From the NCBI RefSeq assembly GCF_001194135.2, contig NC_068985.1, positions 32,485,145-32,549,144 on the forward strand: a stretch of 64,000 nt of DNA, read 5' to 3'. Positions 51,902 to 64,000 of the stretch are shown here, in pieces. Every line of letters begins with the position of its first letter. Positions within the stretch are counted from its first letter, which is position 1. A program made the translations under genes and the position numbers. The notes below the pieces were generated by a model. The model was not told the origin of the DNA. It did not search any database and was given only the letters and a program-made list of their open reading frames with translations. This stretch comes from Octopus bimaculoides (lineage: Eukaryota).

Positions 51902-54419
51902 CGCCATCTTCTCTTCTGATTATATTTTCTTTATTTTTGAAAATTTTATTTTTGTTTATTTATTTTGTATTTCTTTAGTTTTGCTAACCCTCAAATACCT
52001 TATTAGTTCTCTTTCTGTCCTTGCAATTTGGCTGCTGATTACTCTTAGTAATTTTGAAAACCTAGCAAGAACAGTGCCTCGTGTTCTGTACCCCCATTCA
52101 TCCCCACCTCTCCTTCTCTCCCTCTCATAACCATAATTACAACCACCACTTAACTCTCCTTGTTTAATGTGGTGATCCTACAAAATTGTATTGTTTTATT
52201 AGTTGTATAAATTCTTTCTTTTACCAATAAACTTCATTTTAAGTTATTACTGCTTTGCTTGCTTTTGTCTAACTTTTAATCAAATTAACCTGCTGGCTTA
52301 GAAGAGCCTTCTGGTATTTTATTAACCTTGACTTTTAAACCCAGTCACTTGATTTTTTTATATTTTTTTTTATTTAAGACTAGACAACATTGATACTAGA
52401 AAGGAATATATTCAATGACAGTAACCATTCTTTCCTGCTTTACCTATTTTATTTAAATATACAACTTATCCTATTAGCAAACTATTCTACCATCTTTGTT
52501 TTGATCATGTAAAAGTTACTGATTAGTATTATTCATAAGAAATCAATATTATTATAGTAATATAATATTGATCTCTTAATAATTCACAGCAAATTTTTCT
52601 TAGCACTATCACACAAAAAATCTTTCATACGACTCAGCTAAGTTGTTATTTGCAGATCTTCAGTTTCAAAGAGCTATTCTAATATTTGTTACTCATAAGT
52701 GACAGAATGTTCAAAAATTTTGACATAAGTTTTTCAATAATTTTTATAACACAAGTAAGATTTCTATTTTTAAAAATACTTTCTCATGTTAAATTTAGTT
52801 TTTATTTTCTTTTTCTTTTTCTATATACTCTGAAGTAAATAGCATTACTGAAAACTTTATCGTAATGTATCCATGCCCCATTCTACTGATGAAAAATCAA
52901 GGACGTTTTTGAAATGAAAATTGATGTTCACTATGTAGAGAATCTTATGATCTTTCCCTTATGGATATAATCATTTTTCATTTTTTAAAAATCCTACTTT
53001 GATAAAACACACATTAAAGAAAAAAAAATAGAGATTGACAACAGGAAGATCATCCAACTGTAAAATCCAGTCCTTCTTCCAGTCCATGTTTGTATGGAAA
53101 ACCTTACATTAAATGAATGAATGGACAAATGCATACACATACTGAAGTACAAAACAGAAAAGTTTTATATATTTTTATCTAGTGTTAATATCACTCAGAC
53201 TAAATAGTTTTAGAATATAAGCATATATTTTAGCTGCACCATTTACAAGATACTCTTTTCAAGAGTTTTTTTCAAAATAGGTGCAGAACACAGAATTTAT
53301 GTCTTTAATGATTAGTTTGTCATTAGATGCACTTAAACAATTTTCAAAATACACCAATAGTCTTTGTTGTTGTCTTAGTTTCTCTAGTTGAACACATGGA
53401 AAATACTAACAGTGGTGTTGGGTTTTACTTATTTAGCTTTTAATTTTAGTTTAATATTTCTCTTATTGCACTCTTTAACATGCACTGATTACTCCTGTTC
53501 CTTGAATTAAACAATAGAATAGTTTTTTTTATTTGATCATTGCATTAAAGATCTCTCCATAATTTCAGGTGATTTTTCCCCCTTATTTAATCACGACAAC
53601 ATTACATATATATATATATAATATATATATGGTATATACATATATAATATAATATATATAATGTATATATAATATGTATAATTTCCCTTACTTTGTTTAT
53701 TCTCATCTTTGACACCTAGATTTTTCAAAAATTCCTTGATTTGATAAAAGCTTCTTTTGATAAATGCCTTTTAAATCAAAATGCTTATTTTCTTTCAGGA
53801 ATGTAATTTTTTGTCATTTTTTTTTTTGTTTCAAATTTTTAAACCATTATTTACAATGAACATTTGCTATTGAATTTTAAAAATTAGACTAACTGACTTA
53901 AACAAATTATTTAATTCATTAGTTAACAAACGTTTTAAAGAAATCTCTTCCACTGTTGCACTTTACACATCCTTTGTTTAATGACTCAAAAGATCTGAAT
54001 CACTGTTCTAAAAGTATTTTTGTGTTTCAAAATGTATGTGAAATTACAATTCTGTCTACATATATCTCTGTTCAATTGTAGGTTTCTTTTTATTAGCTTC
54101 CTCTCATCATTAGGCTTTGTTTAGGTGAGTAACCAGTGTGTAAACTGCTGTGACATCCTAGCTTTCTCATCCTTGTGACTAGTCTATTTTGCACTGTTGC
54201 TGCATGCTTCCCCAAAGTTCTTACAGTTAACGTTTCTCTTGATTATTTCTTTTAGTGGCTTCAGTTGGCCTACTTCATTTGGTTTAAGTCTAACAGGATT
54301 TATTTTTTCCCAATTTAAAACAAATAATTACAATTTTTTTGCCTTGTTAAAAGATTGAGTTAATACTTAAAATTGTATACCTTTATTTTTTTTTCTCATG
54401 AGTTGATTATTATTTATCA

Positions 54420-54453
<34 letters not shown>

Positions 54454-54455
<2 letters not shown>

Positions 54456-54668
54456 GGCGGCAAGCTAGCAGGATTGTTAGAATGCCAAGTGATATGTTTA
54501 GTAGTATTTCGTCTGTCTTAATGTTCTGGGTTCAAATTCCACCAAGGTTGACTTTGCCTTTCATCCTTTCAGGGTTGATAAATCAAGTACCAGTGAAACA
54601 CTGAGGTTGATGTAATCAACTAGCCTCCTCCCTCCAAATTTCAGGCCTTGTGCCTTTAGTAGAAAGGA
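54454..54668 (+). mobile_element. SINE family B flanked by (ATT)n on both sides
   Basis: AAGGCGGCAAGCTAGCAG..GGGTTCAAATTCCACCAAGGTTGACTTTGCCTTTCATCCTTTC..CAGGCCTTGTGCC. Confidence 0.88.
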
Positions 54669-55177
54669 TTATTATTATTATTATTGTTATTATTATTATT
54701 ATATTGTGGTAGAATCAGTGGAGCAGTAGCTGATACGCCTTGCAATATACAATTGGAAAGTGGCAGTGAAGATAGCTGACACAAGACAGTAAAGTAAACT
54801 ATAGTCAGCATCCACTACAGTAGACAATGAAATAGGATATGTAGTTAGCATCCAATACAGCAATTTGGCTGCCAGTCCCAATAGGATTGATTCCATCAAC
54901 TATAATCATCCCTTTCCCCTTCAACATTGGTCTTGTCATTAGTCATTTACAAAAGTAACAATGATACTTCAATTAGTCCTACTAAACATACTCCTCTCCC
55001 CTTTTTTAGAGGTCCTTATGTCCAACTGAAAATTATATTTTTGGGATTTTCATAGAATTGAATTTCATATATATATTTATATTTTAAACAAAGTGAAACG
55101 TGGATATAATATATGTATGTATGTGTGTATATGTATATATATATGTATATATGTGTATATATATATATATGTATATA

Positions 55178-55277
55178 NNNNNNNNNNNNNNNNNNNNNNN
55201 NNNNNNNNNNNNNNNNNNNNNNNNNNNNNNNNNNNNNNNNNNNNNNNNNNNNNNNNNNNNNNNNNNNNNNNNNNNNN
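55178..55277. other. Assembly gap (100 N)
   Basis: Run of N. Confidence 1.
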
Positions 55278-55970
55278 CTTAACCACTACGCCATATGCCC
55301 ATGGACAATTATGGAGTGAATTTTAGGACTTAAAAATCTAATATTTTCCTATCCTCCCTTAATACCAGTTCCCATAAGCTACTCATATCTGCTTAGGAGG
55401 TTGTTGGGTCCTAGCATATGTGCTGCTTCTTTTAGTTTTCGTATTTTCTAGTGGTATTCTCTGTCTATTATTTTAACTTCATCCCACAGGGTGAGGTGGT
55501 CTCCATTTTTTCATACATGATCAGCTATACCCGATTTATCAATATCTTCTCGTGTCACAGCTTTGCGATGTTCGTCTACCCTCATTTTGAGGGGGCGGCA
55601 TCTTTCGCCTTTGTATAACCTACCACAGTTGCATGGGATGGAGTACACACAGTCTTTGGTCATATTCTCTTCTATTGGTGGTTGTATTACTCTTAAACAC
55701 TGTCTTGATGTCATATGGGCTGCATATCTTTTGTATCTTTTCGGAGAGGCCTTTCACATAGGGTAGACAGATTGTTAGCAGTTTATTGCTTTCATCTCTT
55801 TTCTTCATGATTGGAGTGGAAAGTATGTTTTTGGGGTAGTTGTTACTTAATAGATTGTTATTGAACTTGATCATTTCTTCGTGGTGTGTATCACAATCGC
55901 TACTTATATTCTTGCACGATGTTTTAGGCACCAAGCAATCACTCTCTTTGCACTGTATGGATGGTGAGAA
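55278..55970 (-). mobile_element. Penelope-like element, left copy (RT thumb/linker + GIY-YIG endonuclease + start of terminal repeat)
   Basis: SHHP..KR..HRA..NNYPK; CVYSIPCNCGRLYKGE..LKMRVDEHRK..SGIADHV..KIIDRE..RKLKEA. Runs into the gap within the tRNA-like cassette. Confidence 0.88.
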
Positions 55971-56314
55971 TTGAAGTTTAGGTATTGTCCAGTGAAGGTC
56001 AACTTGCGCCTCCTTAAATTAAGGGTAGACGAACATTGCAAAGCTGTGACACGAGGAGATATTGATAAATTGGGTATAGCTGATCTTATATGGAAAAATG
56101 GAGACCACCTCCCCCTGTGGGATGAAGTTAAAATAATAGACAGAGAATACCACTAGAAAATATGATGACTAAAAGAAGCAGCACATATGCTAAAACACAA
56201 CAACCTCCTAAGCAGACCAAGTGCAGATATGAATAGCATATGGGAACCGGTATTAAGGGAGGATAGGAGAATATTAGATTTTTAAGTCCTAAAATTCACT
56301 CCATAATTGCCCAC

Positions 56315-56387
56315 GGGCATATGGCATAGTGGTTAAGAGCACGGGCTACTAAACCCTAGATTCCGAGTTTGATCCCAGGCAGTGACC
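56315..56387 (+). ncRNA. tRNA-derived cassette with Pol III A/B-box-like motifs inside the Penelope terminal repeat (not an intact tRNA)
   Basis: TGGCATAGTGGTTAAGAGC (A-box/D-arm-like), 7-nt loop CTACTAA, GAGTTTGATCCC (B-box-like); the solo copy at 14716 has GAGTTCGAGTCC. Confidence 0.6.
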
Positions 56388-56461
56388 TGAATAATAATAA
56401 CAACAACAACAATATTGAAAAATAGCTTAGGAATGAGAACCCAGGTTTGAAATTTCCCCAA

Positions 56462-56504
56462 AACACCCGATGAAGGCTAGAGGGTATATCAGCCAAAATG
56501 TGTT
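56462..56504 (+). ncRNA. Decayed minimal hammerhead-ribozyme-like motif
   Basis: AACAC-CCGATGA-A-GGCT..AGCC-AAAA-T-GTGTT: stem I AACAC/GTGTT and stem II GGCT/AGCC are present; core differs from CUGAUGA and GAAA at one base each. Confidence 0.55.
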
Positions 56505-56929
56505 AACAACAAATGAGATGAGGACAAATATCCGTCAAATGTAAATAAAGTACATAATTCCTCATCTCTTAAATATAGAACTGTATCTTTCAATCAGTCA
56601 TCATATAAGCTAAACTACATTGACATCGTCTTTACATAAGCATGTGTCAAATTGTGAAATTATTTTGAACTCTCTGCACAAGTGCATACTTTTTGTGTCA
56701 TATATTTTGATTTAACTTGATTGCATCACAAAATCACTTCCGTGATGAAAGTAGTGATGATGCTTCAGTCAGTTCAATTTGATCACTTTAAAGGAAACTA
56801 ATTATAGTTTACTTTCAACAATTAAATTGAATTTAACTTTTGATGGTTAACCAATTATTTCTCATATGCGAAACCTTATATCTGAAGATTTCACTTTGTT
56901 TAAAATATAAACATCATCATTATTATCAT

Positions 56930-57131
56930 TAAGATGGTGAGCTGGCAGAATCATTAGCACACCAGGCAAAATGCTTAGTGATATTTCTTGTCCTTACATT
57001 CCGAGTTCAAATTCCACTGAGGTCAACTTTACATTTCATCCTTTTGGGGGTCAATAAAATAAGTATCAGTCAAGCACTAGGGTTGATGTAATCAACTTAG
57101 TCCCTCCCCTGAAATTACTGCCCTTGTGCCA
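56930..57131 (+). mobile_element. SINE family B
   Basis: AAGATGGTGAGCTGGCAGAATCATTAGCACACCAGGCAAAATGCTTAG..GAGTTCAAATTCCACTGAGGTCAAC..CCCTTGTGCC. Confidence 0.88.
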
Positions 57132-60100
57132 CCATTCTTATTATTACCTAATTGCTTGCAAAATACATAGAAATGTAAGTAAGCTATGTTCAATAAAATG
57201 CATTATAAGAAAATCTTGTTATGAGACAAAATATTCTTGTCCAGTTTTTTAGTTGTTTGAGTGTAAAATCTATTAAAAGGAGATTGGTTGCTATCATTCC
57301 ATTGCTGTATGCTGCTCAATTTGAATAATTTACAGAATTTCATTGTTTAAAGTTTTAGCAACACAAGCACCTCTTTTCAAAGGACTTATTTTTAGAATTT
57401 TTCACATATTTATTTAAAATTGAGAAATTAGTGTTTCCTCTGTATATTACAGCACAACATCAGTTTTACTATATTAGTTTCACATCCACTCTACAAAATG
57501 TATATCTCCAGAAGAGTCACTCAAAACATTTATACACAAAGTAAATATGCACGGAGGGAAAACAGTTCAATTGAAACATATATTCAAGGGATGACTTTTC
57601 TGTATAGTATTCATATGCTTTCTATGAGATTTTATTGTGGTAGCCAAGTACTACACTCTCTCAAAAAGTGAACACCTAATAATTTTTCCTTCTCTTAAAG
57701 AATTTACTGCCACTATGTGAAATTCTGCAAGTAACTACAACTTTTCTAGTCTTGTTACTTTCTATTCTCAAAATTACAATCTGTGGGATCAGGAAGAACA
57801 AAGTATTTTTATATGATGGTGTGGGAATAAAACATTTGTAGAGCATACATTCTTTTTTTTGCATGTGCCCCACCCCTGTATGAACGCATGTCATTTGAAT
57901 TACTTTAGCTAAATGTATATTTAGTTAACAGATGTGTTCAATTACTTTTGGGAATAATTAACAGTGTGCATTTGACATGTGTGCTGTCATAGATCATGGT
58001 TGCATTGCAAATTTAGTCATGTAGTTCTTTAACAGAGGATAGGCTACTGTGGTTTAACAATTACTTTTTCCAGATTCATAGATTTGAACCAGCCACTGCA
58101 AGTAGTGACACCTTAGCTTAAAGCAGAGAACTATGTTTTATAGTACTGGTTTTGAACATGTGAGACAACCAAAAATAATAGTGTAGTAGGAGACAATCTG
58201 TTAACCTTTTGCCAGCAAACCAGATATTCTCTTGTATCTATTTAGCAACTTTTCACATTTGAGGAATGATTTGTAGTTTTTTCCAATTGTTAGCATTTAA
58301 TAATGAAGAATTTGGTTGTTCTTTAAATAGATCAATTTAATTTTGTAAAATTGTAGGGCTGTTTTGACCTCTATCCTCTATTTAAATTGAAAGAAATATT
58401 TTGATTTACATATATGTTCACAAGTTAATTATTTAATTAATGCATGTAGCTGTTCTTATAGGGTTGATCTGATTATAATTTCAATCTTGTATATTGATTC
58501 TCACTCAAAATGTGCTGTGTGGAATACAAGTAAATAGTTAAACAAATAGGGAACATCTCCATTTATTTTTTTTTAAATACAAAAGGAGTATAACTAATAT
58601 AAAGTGACGAATTTAGAAATAAGTAGTGATGTACTAAATGTCATATGCGAAATATTCTCATTTGAAATTTCTGTTTTTAGTTGGGGGGCAGAGGGATAGT
58701 AATAATTGTTACATACTCTTAAAGAGGGGAGATAACTTCCTAAAATTTCATGCCTGCGTAATAAAAAATCTGCTCTTTGCATGAAAGGGGGACATCTTTA
58801 TATCAGCAGGTATTGAATTTTAAAATTATCTTGAGTCCCAGCACAATTACAATGCGTATATTTTGTGTACAGTCTTTTAATTTGATTGAAACGAAAAATC
58901 ATTTTCTTGTTACATATTAAAAGTAGTGATAATACTACAGCCAGTCACTCATTATTTTAAAAGAGCCCACTTTTAGTTTCAACGATTAAACTGAATTTAA
59001 TTGTTGTTATTAGTTAATCTATTCTCTTCCGTTTGTGGTTTTCATATCTGAACGTATCACTTCCTTCGAACTAATTATCATGTATCTGATTGTTTACAAG
59101 ATACATGTAGAAATATATGCAAACTGTTTTTTGTTCCTAACATAGTATCGTCTAATCATAATCAGGCTTGCCTTGCTCAGCTGACATTATATATACACAC
59201 ATACCGTGTACGTGTATTTGCCTGCAGAAATTCGACTTCTCTTAAGCATGTCACCGATTATGTATTTCCTCAATTATCTCCCTTTTTCTTTGAGACTACT
59301 TAACAAATGTTTTTTATGGTAGGAGGGGTTTCCTCCCAGCTAGAGAATTTCAGTTGAGGACTTTTTGACAGACATTTAAATGAAACACACACACACGCAT
59401 GTGTAAACAGAATGAACTGAAAATTAAAGTACACATTACAATAAATTACTTCTTTGTTTTTTTCTCTCGGCAGTATATTTCAGTCTGGGAGATATAAAGC
59501 ATATTAATATACATGCATGTATCCTCTTTGTTAGCTTGCCATTAGAAGAGATTTTTCAAGCATTTTGAATAAATTACTCCATGAGTTAGTGAATAAATTC
59601 TTTAATGGTAAAAAGCACTTGATAAAATAGCTGTGGTCAATTTACTTGATTATACCTTCCTGTCAAATGTGGCCTTATGTCAATGTTAGAAATTTATTAT
59701 TAAAAGCTATATATTTGATTCCTTTCAAATTTGAAACTTAAATCTGAAAATTACACTTTCTTTAGAGTTTGAATCTATACTTTTTCTTTGAAAAATCAGT
59801 TTTTTTCAAAGAAACAGTATACTAATTTCAGATTTATTTCAACCTGTAGGTTAAATAAACAACTAGCATAAAATGTTTAAGCCAAATTTAGAAGCTTAAA
59901 ATGTCTCAACACTTTTTGACATCTTTAAATCAAAACTACAGAATTATGTCATTTTCTAATTTATTCCTATTATTATTCTTTATTCAAATAGACCCAAAAC
60001 TGTTAAGTAGATACTCAGTTAATTCCTTAAGTGCAGACACTGCCAGATCATGGAGTTTATAGTTTGATACTTAGCAACTGTTGTTTTTATATTAAATTAC

Positions 60101-63100
60101 TTTTACAAAAAAAAAAAAAAAATCCTATCATTATGTAAAATAGTAATTTAACTGTCTCACTCACATTTAATTTGTATAAAAAGCAAGAAATCTATTTTGC
60201 TGTTCCCACATGTCTCAGCTTGTTGAGCCACTGTAGTCCTATCTCTGGTGTAAAAAGTTGAATTGGTGCATGCTAACTAGTCTTTATACTAAACAATCAA
60301 AGCAAGCAGGATATCACACACACCTTTTAATATACAATTTCTTGATTTATTGCCCTGATCTCTTCCCATCTCCGACATTGTTTTATTTAAAGGAAGCTGT
60401 TATATAACTATATTGAACTGAATAGATGAACATAAATAAAATTTAAATGACAAACAATGTCTTTGTAGAAAACAGTTTGACTGAAATAAATTCTGGGCTT
60501 AGTTTCCAACAGAAAATGTTTCTGTTGGTGTATAATGTCATGTAAATAAAATGTAAGTCTGATTTGTGTCTGTCTTTCTATTTCCTTTATATTGAAAAAA
60601 GGTGTTGTATTAATCCATGTTCAACATGGTTAACATGATATCATTTGCAAATCTTTCTACATGAAAGAACTAACGTAAATTAATGTACCCAACACAATTT
60701 TGTGGTTTGTTCCTTATATGCAAGTGTGTTATAACTAAAATACATCTTTTACTATTTCCTACCTTTTTTCTGATACAGAATTACAATTTATTTTCTCAAA
60801 TATATATAACACTAACTGGCAAGGTTAATTAGTGGTTTAGGAACTTAATTTTGCCATAAATTAATTATATTGCACAAAGATTTAATTAAGAAACTTACAG
60901 AACATTGATTCAGGGTCTGTAGTCATTTATTCAATTATCTAAGCATTATCATATTGTTTAAATCTAATTTACAATTCATTTCTTTTTTTGCATTCAAAAA
61001 GATAAAATTCAGTCACAAAAAAAAAAGAGTAAATTAAGACTAAACTTAAGCTTAATACCTATTCATCATATTGAAAGTGTAAAATTTGCTTGTACAGTGC
61101 TCAGTGGTAAGTTCTCAGATTGAATTAACAACCTGATCAGAACCACCTCATTTATTTTGATGGTGGTTACTAAGTCTCAAATATATTTCAGTGAGAATTT
61201 CCCTCCTGGGGTGTTATGCTTATAGAGAAAACCATTGTGTATTGTTTCTTACATACAAACCTGCTGACAAGACATTAGCTAATTATTGTATTCCTAGTAG
61301 GCAAATTGTAGTGCTTTCTAAAGGAGTAATATGTTATCAGAAGTAAGTGGTATATGTATACCTTTTAGTAAACATAATCCCAGTCGCAACTTAATGCTAT
61401 ACAAGCTACAAATGTCAGGTTTTTAAATTAGGTAAACGTACAGTTTAAGTGTCTACTTAAACCAGACTTATTAGGAATATTCTCAGATAACATGATCTGA
61501 TTGGTTATTTAACTGCTTTTAGATAAATTTTTAAAAACTGATATTAACCCTTTTTATATGAACCTGCATGAGACTACCCTTGGTTCTATAATACAAACTT
61601 CTAAAGTGATCTAAACTAAAACTTCCATTTCATTCTATGTTCTTAACAATGAAACAAGGATATCCAAAAAAATTAAAAGGCGAGATATCCCTGATACACA
61701 CAATCCTCAGACAGTAAGTGCATGAGACGGCTGGACTCTTGCATTATAAGTACAATTCATCAGATTTTCGTTTTTTGTATACTCATCTTTACAAGGCTTA
61801 GGTCAACTTTAACCTCTGGTAAAAGATGTCCAAAATGCCACAGCAAGATCAAACCTCCGCTTGTTATTACAATCATCCATACTAATAGTTGTTAGGAAGA
61901 TAACTATATCTAGACACCATGGGCAAAGTACTCAAACATTTACTTGTGGACAGACCAAATAGCTCATTTGAATAGTGAAACAACTTTTCCCAAGTTTCAG
62001 ATTGTTTCATCTCAAATCATTGCGAGATGCCATATGCATAGCTTTAATGGGTAAATAAAAACACTGGGTTTCTGCATAAAGTAAATCCAAATTCAATTCC
62101 AGTCCCGATCATGAAGAGATTAAACTAAAATATAAAACACCCTTCCAATGTTTCCATCAGGACTTTAAAAAAAATGATTTCAATCCCTAAAATTTGTATT
62201 TGTAAATAATAGAAAGCAACACTAGCTTACTGTTTAGTTTATACATATTTATCCCTGCTTATGAAATCACAGCTTTTGCTATATCTTTATCTGAAACCTC
62301 TCAGAGTAAATCCTAACCCATTATTTAAAAGCGTTTATCAGGATTTATAATCTGTTGATACATTTTAATGCTGCTAATAATCCATCAACTACTGTCTTAC
62401 ATATTCCAGCACATTGACCCACAGCGCCGATTACGACTTCGAGCAGATGACTTATGAAATCGTCAATACTTGCACAATGACTACACATATGTAACAAGAA
62501 ACAACCAATCTCAGAAAATTACTATATGACCATATTTCTAATATTTACGCAGGCTCGTGATGCAGATTGCAAAGAATACATGAATAGATCATGTAGTGTG
62601 TGTAATATCAACAATGTTCCATACTAAATCTCTGCTCTAAAAAGAAACGACACACACCCTTATTCAGATAGACTTCCCTTTTTTTTTTTCTTATACATTT
62701 CATCTCATTTATAAAAAGAATTCTAATTTGCAGTATAAACACACCTTTCATAAAACAAACTGATACAACTTTTGAATCAGTGTATTAACACAAAATCTAT
62801 TTTAATGAGCCTAGAATATCCCAATTCATGAAAATCATATCAATAAATCCAGTGTTAATTTCGTATTTGTAACTTTTTTATTTCAATACTAACAATAACC
62901 TTTGTAGAAAATGTAACTGAATATCATGCAAGTAATTTGAAAACATTGCAGTTCTAACAATTTTCTACCACCAAGGTATTTCATGTGATGTGTACACACA
63001 GATTAATAGTTTAGAAACTTAAGTTAAGTTTATTTTGAATCGTAAAAGATTTGAATATGGACAGCACATTTTTCTGAGTTGCGACTTAAGCTGATTGGTT

Positions 63101-64000
63101 TACTTTGTTCAGCAAGTCTTTATAAAACTTCTATATTTTTCAGTGCTAATTAAATAAAAGGTAGCAACTGATATTGGAATATCTAATTCTAGATTTTTTT
63201 TAAATGATTTTGTCGAATGAAGAGAAAAACAATCAGGATATAATTTTATGGTCCTTACAAGTTTTAGGTTTACCAAATAAAAGGGTATAATCTGTGCAGT
63301 GGACTTAGCAAATAGTGAGGTAAGGTCAATGGGAATTTTCACTAATTCATTAATATGGGTTTATATGTTAAAAATTGTCAAACTCAATTTTCTGGGAGCT
63401 GTTTAGCCACAAGCTGTATGAAAGGCTATGCACATTCCCTTGCTTGATAAGGGTCATTCCAGGATAGTGGTCCCAGAGACATAATGTTAGCCAGGTCCAT
63501 CAGTGCTTTCCATTGCTAGTAGTCCTGTGCCAGCCCATCTGCATCCTGGAAAATCTTGTCAAACTTCAAATTTTATATGAAATATTAACACAGTATGCTA
63601 TTTAGTACAACTGTCTTTTAACTGGCCGACCTATTCACCCTAATATGGTCTTATTTTAAGTTTGTGCGGCATATGCCTCCTGCTCACTGTAGCAATACAC
63701 CTAAGTTGGTCTATCACTGACTATCAAAACATTTGAAAAAATGGTCAAGCAACACTACCACAAACTTTGAATGTCAAGTAATGCACAGCATGCAAATCAA
63801 TATGCTGTGCATTAATTTAAGTTGGAAGTAAGATACTGTACAAATACGCATTGATTAAGTCAGGGGACAGTACTGTGACTACTACAGTCACTCAAGATTT
63901 GGTATTCACATCAAGTTTTCCTCCATAATGGTTCATAGAGCTTTACTAGTTTTAATAGTTGCCTGGATTTCGTCAGAATTATTCATGTTTAAGCAATTCT

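Larger units (their letters stand above)
55985..56585 (+). mobile_element. Penelope-like element, right copy (GIY-YIG C-terminal half + terminal repeat)
   Basis: LKLRVDEHCKAVTRGDIDKLGIADLIWKNGDHLPLWDEVKIIDREYH..LKEAAHM; inverted homolog of 55278-55600; right boundary approximate. Confidence 0.85.

Noticed and set aside
52886-52914. CTGATGA..GAAA hammerhead-like core
   Set aside because: Stem II is only A-T pairs, and no properly placed stem III, NUH triplet or stem I was found.
63400-63560. Minus-strand acceptor followed by GC-richer sequence
   Set aside because: Stops in all frames within about 60 nt; looks like a decayed retroelement remnant.

Overview
AT-rich, microsatellite-dense animal genomic DNA with three assembly gaps. 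The repeat repertoire (tRNA-headed SINEs with internal (CA)n, RTE tails ending in (GAT)n, CR1, mariner, Penelope) suggests an octopus or other coleoid genome; this is an inference. The one well-supported host gene is the 3' part of a PSD/EFA6-family ARF6 GEF on the + strand. It has nine GT-AG exons from 17257 to 45878 that splice in frame into about 456 aa (Sec7 C-terminal part, PH domain, coiled coil, tail). Its upstream exons were not found in the window. Introns and flanks hold decayed CR1, RTE, R4/Dong-like and HERO-like retroposons, mariner/Tc1 fragments, MITEs and SINEs. The most unusual structure is a head-to-head Penelope-like element pair (55278-56585) whose terminal repeat carries a tRNA-derived Pol III-type cassette followed by a decayed hammerhead-like motif. 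Other leads are a SINE-LINE shared 3' tail, several candidate alternative splice sites in PSD, and a repeat-poor, CpG-retaining distal region with a speculative small spliced gene. No prokaryotic-type system, CRISPR array, rRNA or intact tRNA gene was seen. Transposon boundaries are approximate; no searches were run.
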